From the NCBI GenBank assembly GCA_028534125.1, contig CM052817.1:32800001-32864000 (forward strand): 64,000 nt of DNA, read 5' to 3'. Origin of the DNA: Lama glama. Its lineage: Eukaryota. The position numbers and the translations under genes are program-made. Positions 21,856 to 35,705 of the stretch are shown here, in pieces (the first letter of the stretch is position 1; each line of letters opens with the position of its first letter). Below the pieces are notes generated by a model that did no database searches, was not told where the DNA came from, and was given only the letters and a program-made list of their open reading frames with translations.

Positions 21856-24800
21856 AGAATTCATTTCTCGATGTGCCTTTAGTGGATTCTATCAGCAGTT
21901 TCCTTTGAAGAGCGGACCCCTGAATGTCTTGCAGATCTCAGCTCACCAGCCTTCTCCTCCAAGGGGAGCCAGTGCCATCTGAAGGACTTCCCCCCCAGGT
22001 ACTCCCACCACAGTCCCTGTCTCTGTCCCCGGAACACTCATCTCCGGCTGGAGCTTCTGTGTTTAGTATCAGTCACTCACTATTGGAATGTAAGTTCCAT
22101 GAAAGCAGGAGAGAGTCTGGCTTGGTCACCCCTCTACCCTCAGCATAAAGAAGAGTGCCTGGCATAGAGAAGATGCTCAATAAATGTTCACTGAGTAATT
22201 TAAGAGACATGATTTTAAGTTCCTGTACTTGGGTCCAAAAAGCACCCTTGTGGATACAGGATCATAGCAATTGATATAAAAGACAGAGTGATTTTGGTTG
22301 TCCATAATCTCAGAATTAATAACAGGTTGGTGTAGTTCTCCAGAAAAGTTACTTTTATCTTATGCTTCAATAATGCAAGAACAGTTTTTAGGGTTCAATA
22401 TTCGACATTCAGCCAACAATCATGACACCCAGCGCCAGATCCTGTTTGAGGTGCTGGGAATAAAGTAAGTGCAAAGTCCTGAGGCCGGAGGGGAGCAGAC
22501 CGGCAGAAAGGTGGTAGGAAAAGGCCCAGAGGCAGGCAGGTCCTGTGGTGGAACGAGGTGGTCCCACTGCCTCTGCACTGATCAGCAAGGAAGGCTCTCA
22601 GCTGTGAGTGAGTGAGAGAGGGAGAGACACTCGGGGCCCAGCGGAGTCGCACGGGGACCATGGGCTGAGGTGGGGGTTGGGGGGCGTAGGAACTGAAGAT
22701 ACTCAGTTTAGAGAGGAGTAGCCCTGGGGGAGGACATGTGGAGGAGGGATGAGCCTGATTTGCTTGTAGATTCTGTGTGGCCCAAGAGCTAGAGGCAGCA
22801 CTGGGGAGCAAGAGCTCCCAGACTCGGAGGGAGGAGATGGTCCTAACTGCCGAGGGCTCAGGTAGGCTGAGAGGGGAGGGGCATATCAGGTACGTACTAT
22901 CGCTGTTTACATCAGCGGGCAAGTCAGAGTCACTACCAGTCGCCAGATGTGTGTTTGGGGGTGATTCTGAGGAACCTGCCCCTTCAGTCAGTTGCTACGT
23001 GTACTCCGACAGAAGTCTAAGCAGGAGATGGAACTGGACCGCCTGCCTTTTTGGGTGTAGCTAGAATGGCCAGGCCTAATTCCTGCTGCACTTTTAAAGA
23101 CCCAGCGCTGGTCACGCCTCCGATCTGGGCAGAGTTAGCTGCGAGCCTGCTGGGGTCTAATAGAGACCTGCCCCCGCAGGTGTCACTCCAGCAAACAGGC
23201 AGGTAATCCACCTCCCTTCACAGACTTGGAGGTGAGGGCACTACGGTAAACACTCCCCTTTGGAATCTTCCTAGGGTCTGTTAACCCTCCGGGGGGAACT
23301 TTTGGCACAAAGGACAAGTAGCAGACAAAGCTAACTTCTCTGAGCTGCTCTCTCTGTAGATGACTGAGCAGAAGGGTGGTCAGACTGCAGCCAAGCCTCT
23401 GAGCCACTGCAGATTCCGGGCCTCTGTTGTCAAACTCAGGTCACACGGCTTTGAAAACGTCTGCATTTTATCCTTTTAGAGTGGGGATTAACACGTCTGT
23501 TGGGCTGTTACAATGCATCACTGTTCGGAACAGCGAAGAACTGGGTTTACCATGTGAGGGGCAGTGAGAAGTATGCTTTCTGATTAAAAAAAAAAAGTCT
23601 TATTCGAAAAGACAACTGCTCACTAAACAGATCCTATACACTGCTGACAGAGAGGGTGTGAAACGAGGCAGAATTTACCTCTTTATCAGAAATTCCACCA
23701 GCTAAGACCATGACAGGTGTTAGCAACAGCAGAAATGGTCACAGCCAATGACTAGTCATTCCCCTGCTCAAGAACCTGCAGTGGCTCCCTACATACCTGG
23801 GTCCCTTTTCTTAGTTGGGTGTCTGGAGACCCCTAGGAACCAGGCCTTCTCTACATTGCCAGGTGGCCCAGCCACCCTCAAAACACCACACCAGTTCTCC
23901 TGCCCCAAGTCAAGACCCCAAGGCTTACAGAACTCCTGCACTGTGCTCAAGCCTGAGAAGGCCCAGCCTTTGTCCTCAAGGAATTCATGGTGGCTTGAAG
24001 AGGCTACGTCAGCAAGTGGGAGGCAGTCAGCGAGCTGTCTACCGCTGCATACACAGTACAGATTTTGGACACTGGCAGAGATGCAGGGAGGGCTTGGAAC
24101 AATGGGTAGGACTTCACAGAAGGCAAGGATGGGGGCTCCTTAGCTGAATGACTGGATATACACAGTGGTGGGTGGGTATATACGGTGGTGGGTGGCGACG
24201 TGGCAGCGGCACCCCCAGCAGCCAGGCGTGGCTGGAATACCACCCGGGTTCTGTGTCCCATGGTGGACAGTCCCCTCAACGCCCAAGCCGGGGTCCTGCC
24301 TGAGGCACCACACTCGCATCTCTGTTTTGCTTCCTCCAAACCACAGAAAGCTGCTTGGCCGCATGCAGACCCAGCACAAAGCTGAAGACAGGTCCCAGGA
24401 GGCGAGTCTCAACTATGAGGTGGGGGCGGGGTGGAGGGAGAGTGAATGGGAAGATGTCCCGGGTCCCTGTCCCCCAGCAGGACAGTTCTGAGGCTCTTCA
24501 GGCCCCCAGAGGACAGAACCTCAGTCAACCACAACGATAACCAGCCCACAGAGCTCTCTTCTCTGGCTCTTCTCCCTCCACTGTCTCTTCTGACCCCTTC
24601 CTTCTGCTTCCTGGGATCATCTCCACGTCAACTACCTGCTCCCACATCCGTCTCAGGCACTGTTCTGCGGAACCCACGAAGGCAGGGAATTCTAGTCTTG
24701 CTAGTTACAGGCCTTGCTTCCCCAGCCAGATTAGAGCTGCCAGAGCCCGGGAAGTCCTTGCCTTTGCCTGAAGTCCCTCTCCCTGGGCCCCTGCTGCCTC

Positions 24801-25525
24801 CTGCCAGCAGCCTCAGCCACTCCTGTGGGGCAGGGTGGTGACCGCTCAGGAATGGCTGATAATGAGAACTGCAGCCACCTTTATGGAGGGTCAGGTGCCA
24901 CACACTGTGCTAAGAGGCACATTTTCTCCCTTCTCTGATTTAAGGTTTACTGCCACCCCGCCTGGTTGCCTACAGGAGAATACGGAGGGCTTTTCCCACT
25001 CAGATCACGTGGCCAGTAGAAGGCAGAGGTAGGAATCAAACCCAGGCCTGTAAAACCAAGAAGGCTGTGTCTGAAGTGAGATGGTGCCTGGCAGGAGGCT
25101 ACAGGGGAGAAAGATACTACGCTCATCATTGTCCCAACAACATGCCTTCTCAAATTCCTCCAGCCCCGCCCTCTCCCTGCCACAGTGCAGAGATGGTCCC
25201 GGGAGCCGCCCTCAATAATCTGGAGGGTGGAAAGCAGTGAAAACTCTTGAGTAGCTAAGCACTGATCAGACACCAGAGAATACATGCCCTGTAGGAATCA
25301 GGAATAGCATCTTAGCCCTTACCGCCCAGAGTAGGAGAGACCTCCCCGCTCCCTCCACGCACGCCAGCATGTGGCCGGTCCTGGGACCAGCAGAAGGAGC
25401 AGGTGGGAGAGAAGGCAGGCGGATGGAGATGGGAAGTGCTGGAAAGTTGAACAAAGGGCCCCGGCCCACCCTTCCCACTCCTGCCTCGGGGCTCCCATTC
25501 AGAGTGATCACAGAGGACTCAGTAC

Positions 25526-25645
25526 CTGGGTTCCTGGCTTCAGGGTCGGCACAAGGTCTTTGATCATTTTGGCCTCGGAGACTGTGACTCCGCCCACCAC
25601 AAAGAGGATCAGGAGAGGGTGGTCGCTGGGATGGGGCCGGCTCAC
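25526..25645 (-). CDS. SCFD2: SCFD2 penultimate coding exon
   Basis: Minus strand: ttttgcag| VSRPHPSDHPLLILFVVGGVTVSEAKMIKDLVPTLKPGTQ |gtactg. 120 nt, phase 0/0. Contains the Sec1/Munc18 'FvvGGvT.sE' motif. Confidence 0.95.
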
Positions 25646-27099
25646 CTGCAAAACAAACCCCACCAGCGTCAGAGGTGTCTTCAGGTGAGATGAACCCCCC
25701 TTAGAGATTATGATCCGTAGGGGTCAGATGTGTTAGAGGTCTGTGAACCCACTGACCAGGAACATGCATAGCATAAATGCAATATTTAAATAAATATTTT
25801 ATTGAAAGAAACGTTAAAGGAGTTGGGGAATGAGGGGCAGCTTTTCCTTCCTATCCAGTCTGCAGGTCTCAGCATAAACGTGCTCCTGCCGTACAGGGCT
25901 CTGTGCACTTCCTTCCAAGCGATGCCACAGCCTGGGGTCATCGTCTGTTCATTTATACATTTGTTTCCTCAAGGGCTGTCTCCTCTACTGGAACGTAAAC
26001 TCCATGAGGCAGAGATCTTGTCTGCCTGGTTCACTGCCGAATTCCCAGTGTACCCAGTGAAGTTTCTGGCACAGAGTAGATGCTCAATAAATGTCTGTGG
26101 AACTGACGGATGGTCAAAGCCCTAGAGAGGGGGTGGTGGAAGATGCACAAAGATGCAAGGGCCCAGGGCCAAGTGTGAGTGCAGACTTCACGCCTTTACC
26201 TTCTGCAAACCAGCCTCAGCTGCAGGCCTGCTCTACCTAGAACACCACACTGTATGTCCTGGAGAATTCCTCCTGGCGCCTTACCAGTGAGGTGAAGTAT
26301 TCTAAAAAACTAAAGTGAGACTGTCTCCGGGTAACCTTTCAGGAAATGCAGTATGCCAACACGGAGACTTAGCGACTAACTGAAAGGGACAAGAAGGGGT
26401 TCCTAAAGATAGTGTGCTTTGAGCCCTACCCCGCAGCCTGGGATAGGTTGGGAGGAGTGAGCAGAGGTGGTATGAGTGCTCACCAGGTTGGGGGAGCAGG
26501 CTGGAGACCCAGCCAGGACAGAGCAGCGTGCAGTCATCACAGGAACGATGCCTCAGGGCTACTGAAGCCAGAGGCGGGAGGCTTGACTCCAGCAAGGAGA
26601 AGGGAGACAAAGGTGGTGAGTGTATGTACTTATTCACACCCACTAACACACACGCCATCTCTGGGCCAAGGGACAGTCCCCAGAAGCAGTAGGCTGGGGC
26701 AGGAGGAAGAGAGGAAGCCCTTTCTCTTACCCAAGCTCCAACTCCTTTCTCAACTGGGTTCTTCTGACTTCCTTGCTTAAATACATCCACTTTTCAGTGT
26801 CTTATTTTAAAAACACTTAAAAAGGTAACACATGAAGTGTTTCTGGTTATATGTTTCTCCTTGTCTTCTAGAGAGGAAACTCAGAGTGGGGAGGGAGGGA
26901 GAGGAAAGAAAGGCAGAAAGAAAGTAGAAATGATAGGTCTACATTTTTTCAAAATAGGTGGAGGTGAATACTGGGAAAAGTTACAAAACTCTTTGATCTT
27001 TAGAAAAAGACTGGACTTCTCAGCCACCATCAGCTTTCTGCCTGGTAGGCAGTTCCCTCCCGTGACTGCATTGTTGACTGCTCTCTTCCAATCCATGTC

Positions 27100-27830
27100 C
27101 TACACACCCATGGCAGCCCTGCTTTTGTCCCACCATTCCCCTGGAACTGTGCCCGCTGCAGTCACCAATGGCCATCGCATGTAGAGTCAGTGGACAATCC
27201 TTGTCTTCATTTAACTGGACACTTCTGTGGCATCTGTCAGTCGATGGCACCCTTCTTGGCTACCACAAAATCACTCTCAGTTGTTCCCTTCACCTTCCCA
27301 GTGGTCTCTTCTCAGTTTCTTCATAGGTTCCTTTTCTTGGTCTGCCCTTTAAATGTCAGCACTACTTAGGGCTCCATCTTTGGCCCCTTGCTCTTCTCAT
27401 TCAAGGACCTCGTCTACTCATATGTCTTCAGTAATCTTTTATATACTGCCCAAATCTATGTCTTTAGCACTTCTGTTGAGTTCCTGTGGCCATCTCCACC
27501 TGGATGGCTCCTGGGATCCCTAAATTCAACAGATTTCAAATCTGATGCACGGTCTCTCTGCTAAGTCTACTCCTTCTCTTGACTTTCTAACAGTATCACC
27601 ACTCACAGTCACTGGAGTCAGACTCCTGAGAGTCATCTGAGACTCTGATGTCTCTTCCATCTCCCAGATCAAGTCCTGTTAATTCTCCCCCTGTTCTGGT
27701 CAGCTTTCATTCCTTTCTCACTAGATTATCGTTACAGCCTTCTAATTTGTCTCCCTGCCCCTGGTCTGGCCATCTCCCATCCATTCTCCTCATTCCTGCC
27801 CAAGTAAGCTTTCTGAAGTGCAAATATTAA
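27100..27830. mobile_element. Degraded L2 LINE fragment
   Basis: L2-like phrases 'gtcaccaatggcc...cagtggacaatccttgtcttcat', 'catctccacctggatggctcc' and 'ccctggtctggccatctcccatccattctcc'. Confidence 0.5.
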
Positions 27831-30800
27831 CTATTGAATATAGTGAGCACTATACTAAATCTTTTTGTGCGTTCATTATCTTATCCGATTCTTAAAAATC
27901 CTTCGGAGGCAAACGCAATATTTGGTGTATTTTGCAGATGGAGAGATTTAAGGTTATACATGTGACTAAATCGGGGAGCTAGGGGCCAGCCTCCAGAGGC
28001 CACCTTCTTAAACACTCCACAACTCCATCATATGCCCACATTCTCTCTGGAAGGAAAATAAATTCAAAATCCTCAATTCAGTATATAAAGCTCTTCTAAC
28101 ATGGCTTTGTTTTTTGCCCCTATTTGCATCTCCTCCATACACACCATTTGCTGGAGTCACTCACAATGACTTTAGCCAACATAAATGCATGGCATTTTTT
28201 TTTAACATTTTGTTAAACAAACAACACTTTACTGAACATTTGCACTGAAAAGTGCATTTATCACAAATGTTCAGTTCAGTTTCTTTCCGGAAACTAAACA
28301 AATCCATGGGACCAGTACCCGGATGAAGAAACAAACAGAAAGCCAGCACCCTGGTATCCATCTTAGGCCCCTTCGTGTCAGTACCTCACCAAGGGTAACC
28401 ACCATCTTGACTTCTAGCACTTAACATGGCACTCTGTTTTTTTGCTCAACAATACATCCTGGAGATTTCTGCATATTAGTGGGAAAGATCTGTTGCCCAT
28501 AGGCATTGGTTGGGACCATTCCAGAGGGTTTTGGCCTCTGGTTACTAACCAGTTTTAGTGTCATCTGCATCATACTACTTTCTGTGGCGTGTACAGTTTC
28601 CTCTGTGTGAAGTACCCTCACCTCCCCTTCTTTACCTCCTTCCTTCTTTCTCTCCTTAAAAGGCATCCATTCCTCTAAAGTTTTCTCCCTAACCACCTCT
28701 CAACTTTTGACCTATGACTTGAATCTGACAGATACCTCTGCCTTGGCCTTGTCAAACTGGACTGAGACCTTGACATAGCTGCCTGTCTCTTCTTCTGGAC
28801 TGTAAGCTACTGGAGGGTAGGGACTAATCATATTTGTCTTGGCATTTTGGGCTCCGAGCATAGAGCGAGATCATGGACAACTTTGAACAAATGCTGCATG
28901 AATAAAATGAATGGATGAATGAATGACTGAGGTCCATAGGTTAACTGGAGATATCTTTCTTTTCTTAGATGTCTTTTAGACACTCACTCTGCTTTATGCG
29001 TGGTTCCCCCAGGCTGGGTAACTAACCCAAGCTTCCTTCCAACGCTACAAACAATTGTTTCTCACTTAATCCTGGGACAGAAATACAACTTACTCCAGAA
29101 GTTCAAGTGGTACAGTATGTTCCCAAAGACATATGCTTTCCATAAGAGAGTCTGGACTCTGAAGTACATTGCGAGAATCTTGGAAGGATGAACTGAAAGA
29201 TGAAAAGGAAAAAAGAAATGAACAGCAACAACAAAGAATAACACCCTTGAGCCAAGAAGCTGAGGGAATGTTGATTTTGGTACAAATTAACAGGTCCCGT
29301 TACTGCACGTTGCTGTTGCTATTTTGGTTTCTGTTTAGATTTATGTTTTGATACCAGATTTCCTTTTAGAACGTGTCAAGTCGGCAGGCTGTTGGGAAGT
29401 GGCGTCTCTTCAGTCTTTTCCATCCGAAAAACACATTCCTTCTAATCAGCCACACTCGGCTGAGTCCCATTTGTATGTGAGTTCACGGTGTAAGGCACTT
29501 TGAAGAGGAAAGATTTAAGCATCATGACTGCCATCACAAACACATAGATTAATGAAGCAAGTCAGACTCACTGCTCTTTCTTTCATTTGCTAAACCTTTG
29601 CCGGCTGTGATTTTAAGACATCAGTTCTGGGCAGAGAAGACAGTCTCTCCCCACCGTCCATCCCAGCCTTTGAAGCAGAGGCTGCCGACACCTTCTCTGC
29701 AGCTGTGGGCCCCAGAGCGCCCTTTGATGTCCTGATTGGTTTCTACCAGAAGGGTTTCCTCTGTTCCCAGTTTCTCTGGAGTTTACTAGGCGTTCCTGGA
29801 ATCCTCTGTTTCTCTTTGTATGTGACTCGCTTGTCCCCAGCGCAGACAAGGGTCAGGTCCCCTGTTCTCCAAAGATGGGCAAGGCCTCGTCGGAGGGAGT
29901 AAACTTAACAGGAGCATTGGCCCCCAGGGCACTGGGAACAGCCATGCTGACTTTGAAGACAGCTTTGTAATGGCTTTTCCTCCAACGGGATTTTTCTGTT
30001 TTTGTTTTTTTATTGTGATGAATTTATTCTCAAAGTATTTACATGTTTGCAGTTAAGTAATTAGCATTCTGCCCAGAAATAACTCCTCAAAAGGCCGCTC
30101 CAGCTCTGCCACCCACCACTTCATATCCAGCACCGCTTCTTACTCATTTAGCCATCCGGTCTGCAAAGGTTTACTGAGCAGCTAGTATGTGCTAAGACAT
30201 TGCTCAAGGCACCAGGGACTCAGCAGGGGATGAGCCAGAGAGGAATCCTTGCTGTGGCAGAGTTTATATTTTAGTTGGAGAGAATGACAAAATACGTAGG
30301 TAAATTGGTAAGTGAGGACGGTGGGGAGTGCTGTGGAGGAAGATAAGGCAGGAGGTGGGGAAAGCATTACTTAGCACACTCCTCAGACTCTATGAATTAG
30401 GCAGGAGCTCCGTGTGACCGACAGAGACAGCGAGGCTTACAGAGGTGACTTATCTAACGTCTTCCAGTAAGTAAGCTGCAGGGCTGAGACAAATCCAAGT
30501 CTGCCTCACGGCAGAGTGGGGTGCATTCCACACACCCTCAGTTATAAACAGACTCTTCGAGCTGAAAGCATTTTTACTAGCTTTCATCTGTTAAAACGCT
30601 GTACTTTTAGATCTTTAGCAACATTAGCCGATTACCAGGTTCCTCCTGGGACTTAATTGATCACATGGCAAAGGTTTCCATGCTGCCAGGGCCACTCTGT
30701 CCTTTAGCTTGACCTCCCTGCCAAGTTTGGAGCAGTGGATGGTTTCCCTTTTCCAGAAACTTCTCTCCCGACCCTCTGCTTTCGAAGCCCTCTCAGTTTC

Positions 30801-31363
30801 TCTCCCTCCTCCTGGACTCTCCTCTTGCTCGACCTGCCCCATCATGTACTGTGTTCCCAACTGCTGGGGCCTCTTCTCCCTTCCTGCATGGCCCTGTCCT
30901 GTCCATGATCCGTGCCTCACACGCATCAGCAGCCCCAAGTTGCGACTTTTGGCCCAGGCTCTGCTGAGCTGCAAAGCTGTCCTCACAGGCCCCTAAACTC
31001 TAAAATGCAAATTATCTTCTTCTCCATTTCCGCTTCCAAGTCAGAAACAATGGTAATACTGGCCATCGAGTCACCCCCTACTGGGCAAATGACGCTGGAC
31101 AACACCCTCTCTTTGCTTCCACATCCCATCCATGTGCAGGCCTGTGGGGTCCACCAGCACTGCACCCCTGCTCCCATTCCCTCTGCCTACCTGAGCCCTG
31201 ACGCTCATCTTCTCACCTTCCCTCCCCAACCTGATGCCAGTCTGGCCTTGTTCCCCCCATCACTGCTGCCAGGGTGATCTTTATAAAGTATGTACTGCTT
31301 ATATACTCCTAAAAAATATTTCATGAAACTTCATTGGTTTTGGTCAAACTCCAAATTCTAGCC

Positions 31364-31490
31364 CTTTTTAAAATTTTTTTCTGGAGGAGTAATTAGGTAT
31401 TTATTTATTTGTGATAGAGGTACTGGGGATTGAACCCCCGATCTCATGCATGCTAAGCATACACTCTACCACTCAGCTACACCCTCCCCC
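31364..31490 (-). mobile_element. tRNA-Ala-derived SINE (long-tail form)
   Basis: Reverse tRNA-like body plus the tail 'aaataaataaatacctaattactcc'. Confidence 0.8.
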
Positions 31491-33904
31491 TTATCTCTCT
31501 GTCTTCATCTCTTCCACTTCTTACATGCCGCTCTTAGCTCCAGCCATTGGGAGCTACCTGGAATTCCTTCAACACAGCCTGGCATTTCACCACTTTGTTT
31601 CTCACTCTTCTGGTCAGACACATTCAGCTCTTCTGACTCCCTGACTGAGCTCCCCGTTCTCTGTGCCTTCACACCCCGTCCAGACACCACTTAGCCCTTC
31701 GCTCTGCACTCCTCAGTGTTCCCATCCGTCTCCCTAACAAACGGTAAGCTGTTGATGTAAGCGATGCCGCGGCAGGTAGGATGTCTGGTTTGTCTCTTCA
31801 TCGTCCTTATCCCCAACAGGGACTAGCACACAAAAGAGGCTCTCTGTAATTGCTCACAGGCAGACAAAGTTCGCTGCCTGCCAAAACTGAGTTTTTGTTT
31901 AATGATTCCTACCCAAATCCATCTCACTAGAACTTATGGGTCAGATTTAGCGAATGTTAGACAAAAATCAAACCACAGTATGGAGCATAATTAAGAAAAG
32001 GAAAATATAAACAATGGTTATAAATAGTATTGCAAACAAATTCCAAGACTTGTGCCGATTTAATCAACCGACACCAAATGCTGAGACATTCTCCTCTTCT
32101 CAGAAGTGCCATTAAGTACAATGGACCGAAGCCAACAGTTCGTCTCTGAGTCTCGTTTTTCTTATGTAAACAATGTGGAGCTGGATGAGGTGACCTTCAG
32201 GCAGTCCAGCCCTCACAGTCCAAGAATCTGACATCAAACTGCACCTGAAGCTCATCACTTTTGCCCGTTATCCTCACAGCATCCTTCACCCCTGCTGTAG
32301 ACGCATCTGAGGTGTCTGTCCAGCCCACACATGAACAGTCTCCTCCATCTGCATGGTCATGGGATAGGCTCCCGCAGCCGTGTGGTTACAGTGTGATCCT
32401 GCCCCTCAAGCTCGACTGAACAGCCCTGGAATGGGCCTCGACCCAGGCTGGGCCGACTCGAGACCCTTCCTGGGAATCAAGATTTGACCTAAGACACATG
32501 AGGCCCAGCCAGAGCTGAGCTCTTAAGAAGCATCAAAAGCTATGGCAGAGTTCCCCAGCCACTCACTCAACTCACATTTGCTGAGTACCCTCTGATGCTG
32601 GGACTTCTCAGCATCTTCTGCAGGCCACAGCAAGTCTCAAAGGCCTGCCTGCTTTCCAGTCCTTGGTCCCAATTCTCCCTGACGCTCACTGCATTGCTGC
32701 CCTTGGGCTCCTGGAGACACCCTTGGTCCTCACAATGAGGACCTTCTTTGATTCAGTTAGTACAACACGTTGGCAGCTTAGCTGCCACCGGAAGTGTTTC
32801 AACTACTTTCCCCTCACCACCTCCAGCTCCGCAGGGCTTGCCTGGCGGCTGTTCTTTCTCTCCTTGTGGGCCTTTTTCCACTGCTAAGGCGGCGGAGCGC
32901 TCATGTGAACTCCAGGGAAGGGCCCAGAGGCAAGCACTGGGTCTTCTTTGAGTCTTTTTTCATAAATCTTTTATTTTTTTCCCATTAAGCCTGAATTTAT
33001 AAGAAATGGGACCACCACAACGAAAAGTTCAAAACCGCTCATAAAAGGACGTAAAAGGGCCTTGTGCAATTTCAGGAGATAAAACCCACTCTCCTCAGGC
33101 TGATTGCAGTGGAGAAAACATCTTGACAAATTATGTCCTTTAGTCAAAACAAGCTGGAGTCCAAACACATGGAGTAGATATAAAATATATTATTTTTAGG
33201 AGACTGAAATCCAAACCACAAATTCCAGAAATGCATTTTCAAAGTGCTGCCTATTAGACATGCTAGTTTTAAATTAAATTAACGTTGTAGTGAGTCCGGT
33301 AAGGTATGGTTCGATTTATTTATTAGATCATTATCGAGCTATTCTTGAAGGAGATCAAGGGGGCCTACGCACAAGCATTTGGAGAGAAGGCTGTTTTAAA
33401 AATGTCAGGTTCGACCAGAACTGTTTCTCTCCAGTTTCTTATCCCCCGTCCCCCAGGGCACTGCCTCTGGGTACTGCCCTTTGAAGCCGACAGCTTTAAG
33501 AGGCTGACCACAAGTCTGCCCTCTGGCTGAGGAGGGCATTTAACTGACTCGAATCACTTTCTCGGAACCACAGGAAGAATGATCTCCTGGGAACCCTGTT
33601 CTCCGCCCCAGCCCGTCTGCTCTATCTAATGGGGCCGGATGGGGCCGGCTTGGGGGAGGAAAGTCCTGCCACTCAGTTTCTCATCATTCAGGAAGTTTTT
33701 TTTTTCCTTTTGAGATGATATTATTTAAAAAGATATGAGCACATAGCAGGCACGTCTTTAATTCTCAAAGCCTTTCTGGGCTTACTTACTTTGAAACCAG
33801 GTCAGAAGCATGAATGAATTTTCTGTCCTCTAGATGGGAGGGAAAACCCCTAGAATTAGCCAAACACTGTCCTCGCCGGGCTGGATAGTGAAATGGATGT
33901 CTAG

Positions 33905-34370
33905 GTGGAGTGCAGACTGTATTTTTCCAAAAGTGGCCACATCAGTATTTTCTGCTTCTTATGCTCTGGTTCCCTTTTAAATAGGAAGAGAGCATGTCCC
34001 TCCCCTTGAATCCAGGTGGGCGTCTGACTGCCTGGAACAACAGAGTACTGCGGGAGTGATGCTACGTGGCTTCTGAGCCTCCCACCTGCACTTTCTCTTA
34101 GGACACTTGTCCTTATAAGGCAGACGCCATGCTGTGAGGAAGCTCAGGCCACGTGGAGAGGAACAGAGCCCTTTAACTCACAGGCCGGCTGAGCTACCAG
34201 CAGAACGTTAGCATCAACCTGCTGACCATGCAAGTGCGGCATCTTGAAGGAAAGGTCTTCTTTGCTGAGCTCTGCCCAGAGTGCAGATTCATGAACAAAA
34301 TAAATGACCAATAATATTTCTGAGCCAGTGTTTGGACATGGTTTCTTATGTGCCAATTGACAGTCAGAAC
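33905..34370 (+). mobile_element. MaLR solo LTR, MLT1-like
   Basis: 'ccccttgaatccaggtgggc', 'gccatgctgtgaggaagctcaggccacgtggagagg' and 'gcagattcatgaacaaaataaatg'. Confidence 0.7.
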
Positions 34371-34464
34371 AGGTGGGGATGAAGGACTTCTCTGGAGACT
34401 CTGATTTATACAGGAAAGTGTGCTGAAATAACATTAAGAAAGTGATTTTAACAGGTTGCAGTCT

Positions 34465-34634
34465 GGGGGGTTGGGAGGGTATAGCTCAGTGGTAGAGTGT
34501 GTGCTTAGCACGCACAAGGTCCTGAGTTCATTCCCCAGTATCTCCATTAAAATAAATAAATTAAGTAAACAAACAAACAAACAAACAAATAAATAAATCA
34601 AACAAACTAATTACCTCCCACCCCTCCTAAAAAG
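34465..34634 (+). mobile_element. tRNA-Ala-derived SINE (long-tail form)
   Basis: GGAGGGTATAGCTCAGTGGTAGAG...CCCCAGTATCTCCA with (AAAT/AAAC)n tail. TSD caggttgcag at 34452 and 34635. Confidence 0.85.
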
Positions 34635-35454
34635 CAGGTTGCAGCCTAACACAAATGAGGTTCTAACTTTAGTAAGGGCAAAATCCAACTGCCTTGACTT
34701 CCCTCTCACAGAGGATTTGTCTGATGCAGAGAATCTTGGACACACAGGCATCTTTGTTAACTTTCACTGTCTCCAGAAATTTACATAAGTAAGACTGATC
34801 TCTGTGAGCCCCTTCCGAGTGTCTGGGACGGAGGCCCCCAGGTTCCTGCAGCACTGAGGCTGTCTGAGGAGCAGCAGGAGACACCTGAGGAGCAGAGCAC
34901 TTGCCCTCTCCCAGGACGTGGAGACCGAGCATCTAAAGCGTTCCTGGTGCAGTCGGCCGCCTAGGTTGTTTTGGACTTCACCTCCGTGCCCTGGGTGGCC
35001 ACGGTCTAGCACAGCTGGCGTCTATTCCCTTGAACTATCTTGTCACGACACATGCACAGAATTTCACCATCCCCTTACGGCTTGCCCCAGGAGGGACAGC
35101 CTGTGTCCCCTGAGACTGAGGAGGTCAAGGTCAGACTCACAGTGGAGAAGGAAAAGGGGGTCTGGAAAAACATGGCACAGTCTTAGAGATGTGGTTTCCC
35201 ATGGTCACAGAATACGCTCAGACCTCCAAGTCTCTTAGCAAGAGCCAGTCGGTGGTGAAATAGGAAATGCTTGTGACTTTCAGGGGAGGTGTCTGTTCTA
35301 TTCTGTGTCATTCACTTGTTCATTCAGCAGTTAATCTGTAGGCCCCAAAAGCCCAAGCAATAGTTTTGTACACAGATACAAAGATACTAAAGGTAGCTCT
35401 TTTCTCAAGAGCCACAGCCTGGCCAGGGTCACAAACTTGTAGAAACACCAATAG

Positions 35455-35705
35455 CAAATACACATTTAGCACTTACTATAGGCCAAGCACTGTTCTGACT
35501 ACTCTGTATGTATTAACTTATTTGGTTCTCAGAACAGCCCTATAAAGGAGGTAATATTATCATCGCCATTTTACAGATGAGGAAACTTAGGCACAGAGAG
35601 GCCAAGCGACCTATCCATGGTCACACAGCTAGTAAGTGGTGGAGCTCGAGTTCTAACCCAGACCATCTGACTCTGGATGTTACCACTACTCTCCACTGCC
35701 TCCTA
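35455..35705 (-). mobile_element. MIR SINE, near full length
   Basis: 'ccattttacagatgaggaaacttaggcacagagagg...ggtcacacagctagtaagtggtggagc'. Confidence 0.8.

Noticed and set aside
22395..25032. Cluster of 100-175 aa ORFs in the last SCFD2 intron
   Set aside because: No recognisable homology, mostly non-ATG starts, and no consistent splice structure.
33629..33650. (ATGGGGCCGG)x2, also matching 12 nt of an SCFD2 exon
   Set aside because: Short local slippage duplication. The exon match is too short to be meaningful.
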